DNA of 53,346 nucleotides from positions 1 to 53,346 of the forward strand of contig CALFSR010000135.1 of NCBI GenBank assembly GCA_937916565.1, in the 5' to 3' direction. Below, in pieces: positions 31,519 through 40,137 of the stretch. The stretch comes from an uncultured Bacillota bacterium. Lineage in GTDB: Bacteria; Bacillota; Limnochordia; Limnochordales; ZCTH02-B6. Positions within the stretch are counted from its first letter, which is position 1; each line of letters begins with the position of its first letter. A model generated the notes under the pieces. That model saw nothing but the letters and a program-made list of their open reading frames with translations. It was not told where the DNA came from and did not search any database. The position numbers and the translations under genes were made by a program.

Positions 31519-31695
31519 CGCGAACCCCTCTCTACGGTGGTGATGTGAGAGTCCTTCACGACGAGCTCACGGCGTCGCTTGACCCGTATTTCGGCACAAT
31601 CCCAGACATTCCCCCGCATCTCGACGCCGAATTTTGCCGACCCGCTCGGAAAAAGCGGGGCCAGCCCCTGCCGGCGCTTAGGAGGGTACGTCTTC

Positions 31696-32493
31696 TCACG
31701 AACTCAGCGGCCACGACGTGAAACCCGTTCCGTGCAGCGCGTCAAGGAGCAACCGGTTGGCCCGCGCGTTTTTCCGTACCGCCTCGCGGTGCAATGGACT
31801 GTACACCTCGACCGGAGACACAGGGAACTCGCCGCAGATGTCGGCTCCGCAAAGCCTTCGATAACTTGCAATGAAGCGCATGAGGCGCGTCAGCTCGGCA
31901 AGCTTCATCGTCCCCTGCTCCCAATCGGTGACCGCGTCGGCAGGATCGAGCACATCCTTGTCGATGCTTACGTATACGTCGGTATTCGAAAGGCGGGACA
32001 TAACCACCGGTAGAATCGCTCGGGTGTTCGCACTGGTTACCGGGTCAAAGATGAACACCCGATGCCTCAGAAGACTCGATTCGCGAGGGAAGTTCTCGAC
32101 CGCCTCGGGACGAGCCCCGATGATAAGAACCTGCCTCAGCAAGGGCAGCTCTCGCAGCGCCTTCAAAACCCACGAACCGCAGGAGACGACGGTTTCGTCA
32201 GGGGGATCCAACATGTCGCTATGGTAGTCAAACAACACCAGGGTAAAGGGCGTGTCGATTTCGGATAAGAGAAGATAGGTCACGTAATGGTAATTTCCGC
32301 TTCCGATCAGCGTCACGCCGGGTTGACGTCGTTGCCTCAGGCGTTGCCCAATGACGGCGAGAGTCTCCCGCGCGCAGTAACGCTTCGTTCCAACCAGGTC
32401 AGTCAAGTCGATCCACTCGGCGGACAAATCCCGCAAGAACCCCTGCCATTTGTAGCTATGATCGAAATCCAAGACGGTAACGCCGCCGTGCAT
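31696..32493 (-). CDS. Arginase/agmatinase/formiminoglutamase-fold (ureohydrolase superfamily) protein of unknown specificity
   Basis: Metal-ligand-like motifs occur in the right order: GSGNYH, FDYHSD, SIDKDVLDP, GADICGE. The likely start is ATG at 32493 (MHGGVTVLDF). The ORF-track extension to 32826 crosses a terminator hairpin. Confidence 0.6.
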   Translation of the reverse strand: MHGGVTVLDFDHSYKWQGFLRDLSAEWIDLTDLVGTKRYCARETLAVIGQRLRQRRQPGVTLIGSGNYHYVTYLLLSEIDTPFTLVLFDYHSDMLDPPDETVVSCGSWVLKALRELPLLRQVLIIGARPEAVENFPRESSLLRHRVFIFDPVTSANTRAILPVVMSRLSNTDVYVSIDKDVLDPADAVTDWEQGTMKLAELTRLMRFIASYRRLCGADICGEFPVSPVEVYSPLHREAVRKNARANRLLLDALHGTGFTSWPLSS

Positions 32494-32733
32494 CTGCGCC
32501 CCGCCCCTTTCCGCGACAGCGGTGGCTCGCGGCCGCCAATGTCCTGCCGGCCCGCTGCGGTCAACACGCAAGCCCGCGAATTCGCACCCTCTTGAGACAA
32601 TACCTTTACACACCAATGATTCAACGTCCAGTCTGACATCTCCCAGTAGTCCGATGCACTCCGTTTGGGCTCGCCACATTCGGGGCTCGAACCGGCCGTT
32701 CGGGCCCGTTCCGGAGTAAGACCCAAACACCTG

Positions 32734-32776
32734 GGGGCTAGGAAGAAGCACTCCACTTCGACTTCTTCCTAGCCCC
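32734..32776 (-). terminator. Terminator hairpin after the sugar ABC operon
   Basis: Perfect 15-bp arms GGGGCTAGGAAGAAG and CTTCTTCCTAGCCCC with a 13-nt loop. It lies about 80 nt downstream of the permease stop (32855). Only a weak U-rich tail follows (GUGUUUGGGUCUU). Confidence 0.6.
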
Positions 32777-32854
32777 AAACTCATCGATAGCCAGTAGGCA
32801 GCCGGACTCAAGGCCCGATCTGCCACTCCGGCAGGAGGGTCAGACGTCCGTCAC

Positions 32855-33685
32855 CTAGCTCTTGATTCCTCCGAAAAACTTGAACCCGTACCGCCAGTTG
32901 ACGAAGAGGTAAAGCGCCAGCGCAGGGATGACGTACAAGAGCGCGTACGCCGCGATCAAGGTGATGACCGGAGTACCGGCCTCGGTATAGAACGAATACG
33001 TAGCCGCCGAGGCGGGCATCTTGTCGGGGCTGCGCAGCAGGATGAACGGGATCAGGAACCCGCCCCACACGTTTACGAAGGCCCACACCGCCACCACCAT
33101 CATGCCCGGGCGCACCTGGGGCAGCACGATCTGGCGCAAGATCTGCCACGAACCCGCACCGGCGACCATGGCCGACTCCTCAAGGGACCGGGGCAGGCCC
33201 GCCACGAAGTCCCGCATGATAAAGATGGCCGTCGGCAACAGCCCCCCGGTGAACACCATGATGACGCCAAGGTGACTGTCGATGAGGCCCAGGTTGTAGA
33301 TGAGCAGGAAGATGGGCACCATGGCGGCGGTGCCCGTCACCACCGACGAAAACAAGATCAGCACGTACACCAGCACGTCCCGGCCCGGCAAGCGGACCCG
33401 AGCCAGGGCGTACGCGGCCAGGCTGGCCACCAGCGTCGTCGCCACCATGGCGCCTCCAGCCTGGATGACGCTGTTTTGCAGCAGTGCCCGCACCGCGAAC
33501 GTGTTGCGAAAGACGGCGGCGAAGTTGGCGAGCGTCGGCTGGGCAGGGAGTTGCACCGACAAGGTCGCCTGCGGGTGAAACGGCGCGGTGAAAAGCCACA
33601 AGAGAGGCAGGGCAAAAAAGCTGCCCACCACCGCCACCAGCACGTAGAAACCGATACGGGCCAAAACGTACCGGACGAGCCTCAC
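32855..33685 (-). CDS. Carbohydrate ABC transporter permease (MalG/CUT1 type)
   Basis: Six-TM pattern and an EAA-like loop (SLEESAMVAGAGSWQILRQIVLPQVRPG). Confidence 0.88.
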   Translation of the reverse strand: MRLVRYVLARIGFYVLVAVVGSFFALPLLWLFTAPFHPQATLSVQLPAQPTLANFAAVFRNTFAVRALLQNSVIQAGGAMVATTLVASLAAYALARVRLPGRDVLVYVLILFSSVVTGTAAMVPIFLLIYNLGLIDSHLGVIMVFTGGLLPTAIFIMRDFVAGLPRSLEESAMVAGAGSWQILRQIVLPQVRPGMMVVAVWAFVNVWGGFLIPFILLRSPDKMPASAATYSFYTEAGTPVITLIAAYALLYVIPALALYLFVNWRYGFKFFGGIKS

Positions 33686-34596
33686 CGGAACCGCACCCCC
33701 TGGCGGCGCTGGCTGAGAAGATACACGCTCGCCAGCAGCAAGTTCACCAGCATCACGACGACCGCAATCGCGCTGCCCCTGCCGAACTCATAGAACCGGA
33801 ACGCCACCCGGTACGTGTGGATGGCCACGATCTCCGTTTGAAACGCAGGGCCGCCCTGCGTCAAGAGGAACGGCGAGAACACGTTGAACGTCCAGAGCGT
33901 AATCAGCACGATCCCAGTCAAAAACTGCGGCCGAACCAGCGGGAACATGATGTCCCGGAAACGCTGCCACGGGCTTGCGCCCGCCACCATGGCGGTTTCA
34001 ATGTATGAGGGGCGAATGCTGCCCAGCGCGGCCGACATGAGGAGCATAGAAAACGCCGTGCCCCGCCATATGTTAAAGATGATGATGGATAGAAGCGGGT
34101 AATCCAGGAGCCAGTCGTAGGGCCCGAGCCCAAACCATCCGAGAATCGTGTTGAGCGTGCCGGCATCCCGGTCAAAAAAGGCGCTCCACGTGAAGGCCAT
34201 GGCCGCCTCGGGCAATATCCACGCCAGCGTCACCAACGTGTACATGACTTCCTTCAGCACGCCTTCCCGGTGGAAGAACAGAAGGGAGAGCGTAATCCCA
34301 AGCCCCATCTGCCCCGCCACGCAGCTGGCCACAAAGATGAGCGTCAGGTACAGGGAGTAGCCAAACTCGCCCCGCCGCATCCACCGCTCCGGGTTGAACA
34401 GCGCGAGGTAGTTCTTGAGCCCGACAAATTCCGGCGAGACAGCCGAAGCACCGAGCAGCGTCCGGTCGGTGAAGCTGATGACCACAACCCACAGGAATGG
34501 AAAGAGCAAGAACAAGATGATGAAAATGAGAGCAGGACTCAGGAAGGCTAGGCCCATCCGGCCGGACAGGAGGGCGACCTGGTCTCGCCGCACCAC
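33682..34596 (-). CDS. Carbohydrate ABC transporter permease (MalF/CUT1 type)
   Basis: EAA loop YIETAMVAGASPWQRFRDIMFPLVRPQ. The gene overlaps the next permease by 4 nt. Confidence 0.88.
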   Translation of the reverse strand: MVRRDQVALLSGRMGLAFLSPALIFIILFLLFPFLWVVVISFTDRTLLGASAVSPEFVGLKNYLALFNPERWMRRGEFGYSLYLTLIFVASCVAGQMGLGITLSLLFFHREGVLKEVMYTLVTLAWILPEAAMAFTWSAFFDRDAGTLNTILGWFGLGPYDWLLDYPLLSIIIFNIWRGTAFSMLLMSAALGSIRPSYIETAMVAGASPWQRFRDIMFPLVRPQFLTGIVLITLWTFNVFSPFLLTQGGPAFQTEIVAIHTYRVAFRFYEFGRGSAIAVVVMLVNLLLASVYLLSQRRQGVRFR

Positions 34597-34656
34597 AAAT
34601 CCCTCCCACGCAGCAGGCAGGCGGCGGAGGCAGCCGCCCCCGCCGCCCGCGGCTCG

Positions 34657-36021
34657 TTACTTCACCCGAATGACGTTCTCCTCTCCCACCAGCTCGACGA
34701 CGGCGTCCGCGTAGGCCTTCATGGCCTCCTCGGGCGTCATCTCGCCGGTGATGACCCGCTCCGTCATGAGCTGGGCCTCGACGCTGATGCGCGGATAGTC
34801 CGGCAACATCGGCCGCACCGTAGAAACCGGCAACAGCTTCTCCGCCATGGCGCTCATGACGGGGTCGCCCAGGACGGGCACGTCGTCGCGAATCCGGATG
34901 CCCGGCTGGATCTCCTGCAGCGCCAGCATCATATCGGTGCTGAACATGAAGCTCAGGAGCTCCCACGCCAGATCAGGATTCTTGGAGAACGGGTTGAGCA
35001 CATAGCCCGTGCCGCCGGAAATCGACACGAAGTCGTGCCCGCCGTACCCCTTGCCCGCCGCCTGGGCCGGGAACGGCGCCCAGCGAACGACCGCCTCGCG
35101 ACCGCCCGGCGGCGCCCACTCGGAACCCGGCGCCACCACCGAACGCCAGAACCAGTCGCCTTCGGCCAGGATCATGATCCGGCCGTCCCGGAAGCCGGCG
35201 AAGCTCTGCTCACGGCCCTGCGCGAGCAGCTGCATGCGGCGGTCGCCGAGTCCCTCATCCACGTAGATCTGCTTGTAGAGCTTGAGGGTGTCCAGGATGC
35301 CCGGGTGCTCCACGATCCACTTGCCCTGCTCGAAGTCGTACATGTGGATCCCGGTACCGAGCAGCACCATGAAATAGCCCTGCATGGTGGTGGCTTCGCC
35401 CATGGACGTGCCGGCGTTGATCTGCAGCGGCGTGGAGCCGGGGAACCGCTGCTTCAGGTAACGGGCGGTTTCCAGCACGTCGTCCCAGGTCTTGGGTTCC
35501 CACGGCAGCGGGATGCCGGCCTGCTCAAACAGATCCGCCCGGTAATACAGCTTGCGCACGTCGGTGCCGAGGCCAAGGCCGTAGACGCGCCCCTCAAAGC
35601 CGAGCAGGCCCCGCAGGCCTTCGGGGATATGCTGCCAGCCTTCCCAGTTCCAGACGCCCGAACCTGCCACCTCATCCAGCGGCTTCAAGTAGCCGGCCGC
35701 CACGAATTCGGGCACCCAGAAACCGTCGAACGCCATGATGTCAGCGCCGGCACCCACGCTCAGGTCGAGCGCGTACTGCTGCTTGAGGGCCTCGTCGGAG
35801 CCGCCGAACTGGATGAACCGCAACTCCACCGTGCGGCCCTGCTGGCGCATCTTCTCCTGGAACGCCGGGAAGACGTGCTCGTGAATCCACTGGACGACAT
35901 GAGCGTTTACGCCGCCCTCCACAGCGCGGGCGATGATCGTCACCGACTGGGCAAACACGCTGCCTGCCAGCGCCAAGGTCAGCACCAGCGCCATAGAAAC
36001 GGCCAACCATCGACGGGACAT
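34657..36021 (-). CDS. Extracellular solute-binding protein (sugar ABC, family 1)
   Basis: Signal peptide MSRRWLAVSMALVLTLALAGSVFAQS. Size and position are those of a CUT1 binding protein. ATG follows AAAGGAGG. Confidence 0.85.
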   Translation of the reverse strand: MSRRWLAVSMALVLTLALAGSVFAQSVTIIARAVEGGVNAHVVQWIHEHVFPAFQEKMRQQGRTVELRFIQFGGSDEALKQQYALDLSVGAGADIMAFDGFWVPEFVAAGYLKPLDEVAGSGVWNWEGWQHIPEGLRGLLGFEGRVYGLGLGTDVRKLYYRADLFEQAGIPLPWEPKTWDDVLETARYLKQRFPGSTPLQINAGTSMGEATTMQGYFMVLLGTGIHMYDFEQGKWIVEHPGILDTLKLYKQIYVDEGLGDRRMQLLAQGREQSFAGFRDGRIMILAEGDWFWRSVVAPGSEWAPPGGREAVVRWAPFPAQAAGKGYGGHDFVSISGGTGYVLNPFSKNPDLAWELLSFMFSTDMMLALQEIQPGIRIRDDVPVLGDPVMSAMAEKLLPVSTVRPMLPDYPRISVEAQLMTERVITGEMTPEEAMKAYADAVVELVGEENVIRVK

Positions 36022-36102
36022 TGCTCCACCTACCTCCTTTGGCTCGATCCTGGTGTTATCCGCCTGTCCTCTCCGCTCGTCCTCGACGTGCGGGCACTTG
36101 GT

Positions 36103-38976
36103 TCACTGGGCCGCTGCGGAGGCACCACCTCCCTTCAAGGGGGCAAAACGCCAGTCCACCAACTCGTACGTCCGCACCGCTCCCGGGTTCAAGCGCACCC
36201 GCACGCGACCGTCCTCGCCCAGCCCGAGCGGCGCCTCACTCAGGCGGGTTTCATCCAGCCGCGCCTCGTAGACGGCCGGCCGTCCCCGCATGATGCGGAT
36301 CCAACCGTCGACGGGCTCGGGTGCCGGGTTCCAAATCCGGACAATGACGCCATCCCCCGCGTCCGCCGGCTTTAGGGCCGACAGGAGGAGCGGTGAGCTT
36401 ACCTCGAGGAAACCGGCCGCCGTCGCCCCCGTGTCGCCTGCGGCGCCCGGACCGACGCCCGGCAGCACGACCCGGCGGGCCATGGGCGGAGTGATAAAGG
36501 CATCCATTTCTTGAAGAAGCGGGCTCTGCCAGTAGGGAGCCGTGTACGGCATAAGGGCCAGTTCGAAGCGGTGGTCGCCCGGGCACTGGGCTTCGGGCAC
36601 CGGCAAGCTGGGGCCGGCGCCTTCGGGCCGGGAGGCCAGATCATCCCGGGAAAGCCAGCCCACGCAGCGCAACAGCGTCACCGCCACGTCGACGCCCGAT
36701 TCGGCCGGGATGGCCTCGTACTCCCGCAAGCCCCGGGCCATCACCGCAAAGCCGGCGTCGCCTTGCTCCACCGCCACCGCGTGCCGCATGGGCGCGGTCG
36801 GCTGGGGCTTCTGGTACCACCCCTCTCCCCGGGGCGGGCGGACGGGGCGGCGCAGCCAGATGAAGGAATCACCGGCCCACACGTGGTCGCTGTGGAGCCC
36901 CGACGAGACAACGAGCCGCAGCCGGTGATCCTCGGCCGAGTTGCGCACGCTTACGCTCACGTGCAACGCCCGGGCGCCCCGCTCCAGCGTAAAGACGACG
37001 TGCAAGGGCAAAAGCGCCTCGGACTCCCGCCGCCGCCGGTCGCCGGAAAGCCTCTGCGCCGTCGCCAGCATGTATTGGACCGCGAGGGAACCCACGACCG
37101 GGCCGGAGCGGACCACACGCGGCGGTCCCGCCGGCTTGTCGACCACGTCCGGCACATCACCCGCAAGCGGTGAGAAGTCGTAGCTGTCCCCCGCGTCCGC
37201 CGCGTCCTCAAAACGAAGGCGCAGCGCATGCCGGCGCCCCGTCGCCCGCTCGATGAGCACGGGCCCGTCGGGACCGAACTCAAACCGCAGGTGCTCGTTT
37301 TGCAGCGAACGCTCGTCCACGGACACGTCCGCGTCGGACCGCCGGGAGGAGCCGCCCGCGAAAGCCGCGCCTTCCGCTTGCGCCGCCGCGGCCGCTTCCC
37401 GCTCGGCTGCTGCGGCGGCCACCTCGGGCTCCGCCGCCGTCGCTGCCGCGGCGGTGACGCGCAAGGAGGCCACCCCGAGGGCCGGCATGGGCACCGCGCA
37501 CATGACGGTCACCCGGTCCACCTGCCGGTCGCTGCGGCCCGGCGCCCACACCTGCTCGACCTCCCGCTGCACGGGCAGGAGCCGGCCGCTCGCGTCCCAC
37601 ACGGCAACCCCGGACCCCATCCCCGCCGGCACATCGACGGTGTGGTAGACCACCGACTCCCGTGCATGGGGCAGCGGGGTGAACACCGCCATAACCGATT
37701 CGGTGACGGTTTCCGCCACCGGTCCGGCCGGCAGCCCGCCGGCAAGCCGCGCCAGCGCCCTGTGGGATTCGGTTTCCCCAAGCTGCATGACGCCGGCAAA
37801 GCGGGTCATCATCTCCCGGTGCACCGGGTCGACGGAGCAGCCGCAGATGGAATCGTGGAAATGGTTTTTGATGAGCAGCTTCCAGGCTTGCTCCAGGATG
37901 GCCGCCGCGTCGTAGCCGCCGCTCGCCCGGGAAAGGGCGACGAGCGGCTCCGCATACCGCTCAAGCAGCTGCTGCGCCCGGTCGTTGGCCTGCTTGATGT
38001 AGGCCCGGCTAGAGAGCACGCCGGAGAGGATATGGTGGTAACGGGAGCCCCGGAACTCGCCCCGGTAGCGCTCAAGGGGCCCCTGCGCAGCCCGCACCCG
38101 GGCCAGATATTCGTCGAGGTCGCCCAGCACCCAGTCCACTTCGGGCACGGCCCGCGCCAGCTCGTCCAGGACGCGCGGCAAGTCCTCCTGCAGGTAGAGG
38201 TGGTCCGTCCCGTTGAGCAGCAGCAAGGCATCCGAGCGGCTTTTCCCCGCCAAGCCTTCGCCCGCCAGGCGCCCGAAGGGCAGCTTGAGCCAAAAGGGCA
38301 GTTCGTCGGGGACCGGGACGTCGCCGAACAGGATCGTCCGCACGTGCCGCGCCGCGAGATCGGCGTCGTATGCGCCGCTTTCTTCGTAGTCCCACGTCTT
38401 GTGCCCCAAGCCGGCCACGGCCGAATACGTCGCCGGCAGCTGGACGGCCAGCACCGCCGCACCGTCGGCGCCCTCCCAGACGAATTCAAGGCCAAGGCGC
38501 TCGGCCTCGTCGCCCACGCCCCGCTGAAACACGACGGATTGCAGACCGAACCCGGCCAAAATGGTGGGCAGCTGGGCGATGTGGCCAAAGGGGTCGGGGG
38601 TGTAGCCGACGCCCATCGGCTCGCCGAAACGCCGCGAAACGCGCCGGCCGATGGACAGGTTGCGGATAAGCGCCTCGGGACTGACCAGGAACTCATCGGC
38701 TAGAACGTACCAGGGACCGATCCGCAGGCGCCCGGCCTGGACGAGCCGCCGGATGTCGGCCTCCCGCTCCGGCCGCACCTCAAGGTAGTCCTCCAGGATG
38801 ACCGCCTGCCCGTCCAGCACGAACCGGCGGAAGCGAGGGTCCTTGTCTAGTACGTCCAAGGCGTGGTCCAGCACCCGCACAAGGCGCGCCCGGAACACTT
38901 GGAACGGCTCGTACCATTCCCGGTCCCAGTGGGTATGGGGCACTACGAAGACGGTCTTGCGCACGTTTCCAGCCAC
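36103..38976 (-). CDS. Glycoside hydrolase family 38 alpha-mannosidase-like enzyme
   Basis: N-terminus VFVVPHTHWDREWY plus NGTDH, characteristic of GH38. The protein is about 950 aa. GTG at 38976 sits 7 nt after AAGGTGG. The ORF track extends to 39039. Confidence 0.88.
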   Translation of the reverse strand: MAGNVRKTVFVVPHTHWDREWYEPFQVFRARLVRVLDHALDVLDKDPRFRRFVLDGQAVILEDYLEVRPEREADIRRLVQAGRLRIGPWYVLADEFLVSPEALIRNLSIGRRVSRRFGEPMGVGYTPDPFGHIAQLPTILAGFGLQSVVFQRGVGDEAERLGLEFVWEGADGAAVLAVQLPATYSAVAGLGHKTWDYEESGAYDADLAARHVRTILFGDVPVPDELPFWLKLPFGRLAGEGLAGKSRSDALLLLNGTDHLYLQEDLPRVLDELARAVPEVDWVLGDLDEYLARVRAAQGPLERYRGEFRGSRYHHILSGVLSSRAYIKQANDRAQQLLERYAEPLVALSRASGGYDAAAILEQAWKLLIKNHFHDSICGCSVDPVHREMMTRFAGVMQLGETESHRALARLAGGLPAGPVAETVTESVMAVFTPLPHARESVVYHTVDVPAGMGSGVAVWDASGRLLPVQREVEQVWAPGRSDRQVDRVTVMCAVPMPALGVASLRVTAAAATAAEPEVAAAAAEREAAAAAQAEGAAFAGGSSRRSDADVSVDERSLQNEHLRFEFGPDGPVLIERATGRRHALRLRFEDAADAGDSYDFSPLAGDVPDVVDKPAGPPRVVRSGPVVGSLAVQYMLATAQRLSGDRRRRESEALLPLHVVFTLERGARALHVSVSVRNSAEDHRLRLVVSSGLHSDHVWAGDSFIWLRRPVRPPRGEGWYQKPQPTAPMRHAVAVEQGDAGFAVMARGLREYEAIPAESGVDVAVTLLRCVGWLSRDDLASRPEGAGPSLPVPEAQCPGDHRFELALMPYTAPYWQSPLLQEMDAFITPPMARRVVLPGVGPGAAGDTGATAAGFLEVSSPLLLSALKPADAGDGVIVRIWNPAPEPVDGWIRIMRGRPAVYEARLDETRLSEAPLGLGEDGRVRVRLNPGAVRTYELVDWRFAPLKGGGASAAAQ

Positions 38977-39051
38977 TTGTTTTCCACCTTTCGCATGGCC
39001 CGCTGTCCGCCGTTGCCCTGCGCGTAACCCACCGTCCACGGCGCCGAGGGG

Positions 39052-40050
39052 TTACGCCGACTGCCGCTCCACCACCGCATGGGGCACGAGACGCCGCGCC
39101 GGCCCCGTGAGCGTGCCCTCGATCACCTCAAGGAGCATGGCCGCCGCCTGCCGCCCCAGCTCCTCGGCCTGGAGATCCACGCTGCTGAGGGGCGGATCCG
39201 TGTACTCCGCCACATCGTCGTTGTTCATCCCCATAACCGCCACGTCGTGCGGAACCCGCAGGCCGGCCTCCCGCACCGCCCGCATGGCGCCAACCGCCAG
39301 CGCGTCGCTGACCGCGAGCACGCTGCGAAACCGAACACCCCCGGCAAGCACTTGCCGCACCGCCCGCAGCCCGTCTTGGGCCGAGCCGCCGCCGGAAAAG
39401 ACGACGAGCCGCTCGTCGGGCTCAATGCCCGCCGCCTGCAGCGCCGCCCGGTAGCCGGCCGCCCGTTCGTGCGCGAACGTCTGCTGCGCGGGACCGGCCA
39501 GGAAGAGCACCGGGGCCCCGGCGCGGGCCAGGAGGTAGGCCGTGGCTTCGTGCGCGGCCGCGGCGTTGTCGGTGTCGACGCTGTACGTGCACCCTTCATG
39601 CCAGCCCAGCACCACGTGGGGAAAGCTCTCTTGGGCCAGCCATCGAAAAAGCGTCCCATCGGTCGTCGGGTTCACGAGGATGAGCCCGTCCGCCCAGCGC
39701 TCGTTGACGACGCGGCGGGCCGCTTCCTCGGCCTCATGCTCATCCCGCACGAGGGACAGGCCGACGCTGTAGCCGCGCTCCGCGGCCCAGTCGTGAACAC
39801 CGGTTGAAAACCGGGTGAAGAAGCCGGCGGAAAGGTCCGTGCCCACCAACGGGTTGAGCAGGTACAAGGTCCACGTGCGGCCGCTCGACAGGCTGCGGGC
39901 CGCTCGCATGGGATGATAGTTGAGCTCCTGGGCGACTTTGAGGATGCGCTCGCGGGTTTCCGGACGGACGCGGCGGTCGCCGTTCAGCGCCAGGGACGCG
40001 GTGGAAACGGAAACGCCGGCCGCCTTGGCGATCTCCCGGATCGTGCTCAC
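39052..40050 (-). CDS. LacI-family transcriptional regulator
   Basis: HTH motif MSTIREIAKAAGVSVSTASLALNG followed by a periplasmic-binding-fold effector domain. Confidence 0.92.
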   Translation of the reverse strand: MSTIREIAKAAGVSVSTASLALNGDRRVRPETRERILKVAQELNYHPMRAARSLSSGRTWTLYLLNPLVGTDLSAGFFTRFSTGVHDWAAERGYSVGLSLVRDEHEAEEAARRVVNERWADGLILVNPTTDGTLFRWLAQESFPHVVLGWHEGCTYSVDTDNAAAAHEATAYLLARAGAPVLFLAGPAQQTFAHERAAGYRAALQAAGIEPDERLVVFSGGGSAQDGLRAVRQVLAGGVRFRSVLAVSDALAVGAMRAVREAGLRVPHDVAVMGMNNDDVAEYTDPPLSSVDLQAEELGRQAAAMLLEVIEGTLTGPARRLVPHAVVERQSA

Positions 40051-40070
40051 GGACGGACCACCACCGGGTG

Positions 40071-40084
40071 TCGAACCGGTTCGA
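40071..40084. promoter_or_regulatory. Perfect 14-bp palindrome TCGAACCGGTTCGA, predicted LacI-family operator
   Basis: Central CG dyad, 6+2+6 architecture. It lies 21-34 nt upstream of the lacI-family GTG start. A near-identical copy is at 42899-42912. Confidence 0.6.
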
Positions 40085-40137
40085 ACGCGGGGTATAAACA
40101 GCCGAACTGCTCCATTTTTCTCACGTTCCTTTAGTCC

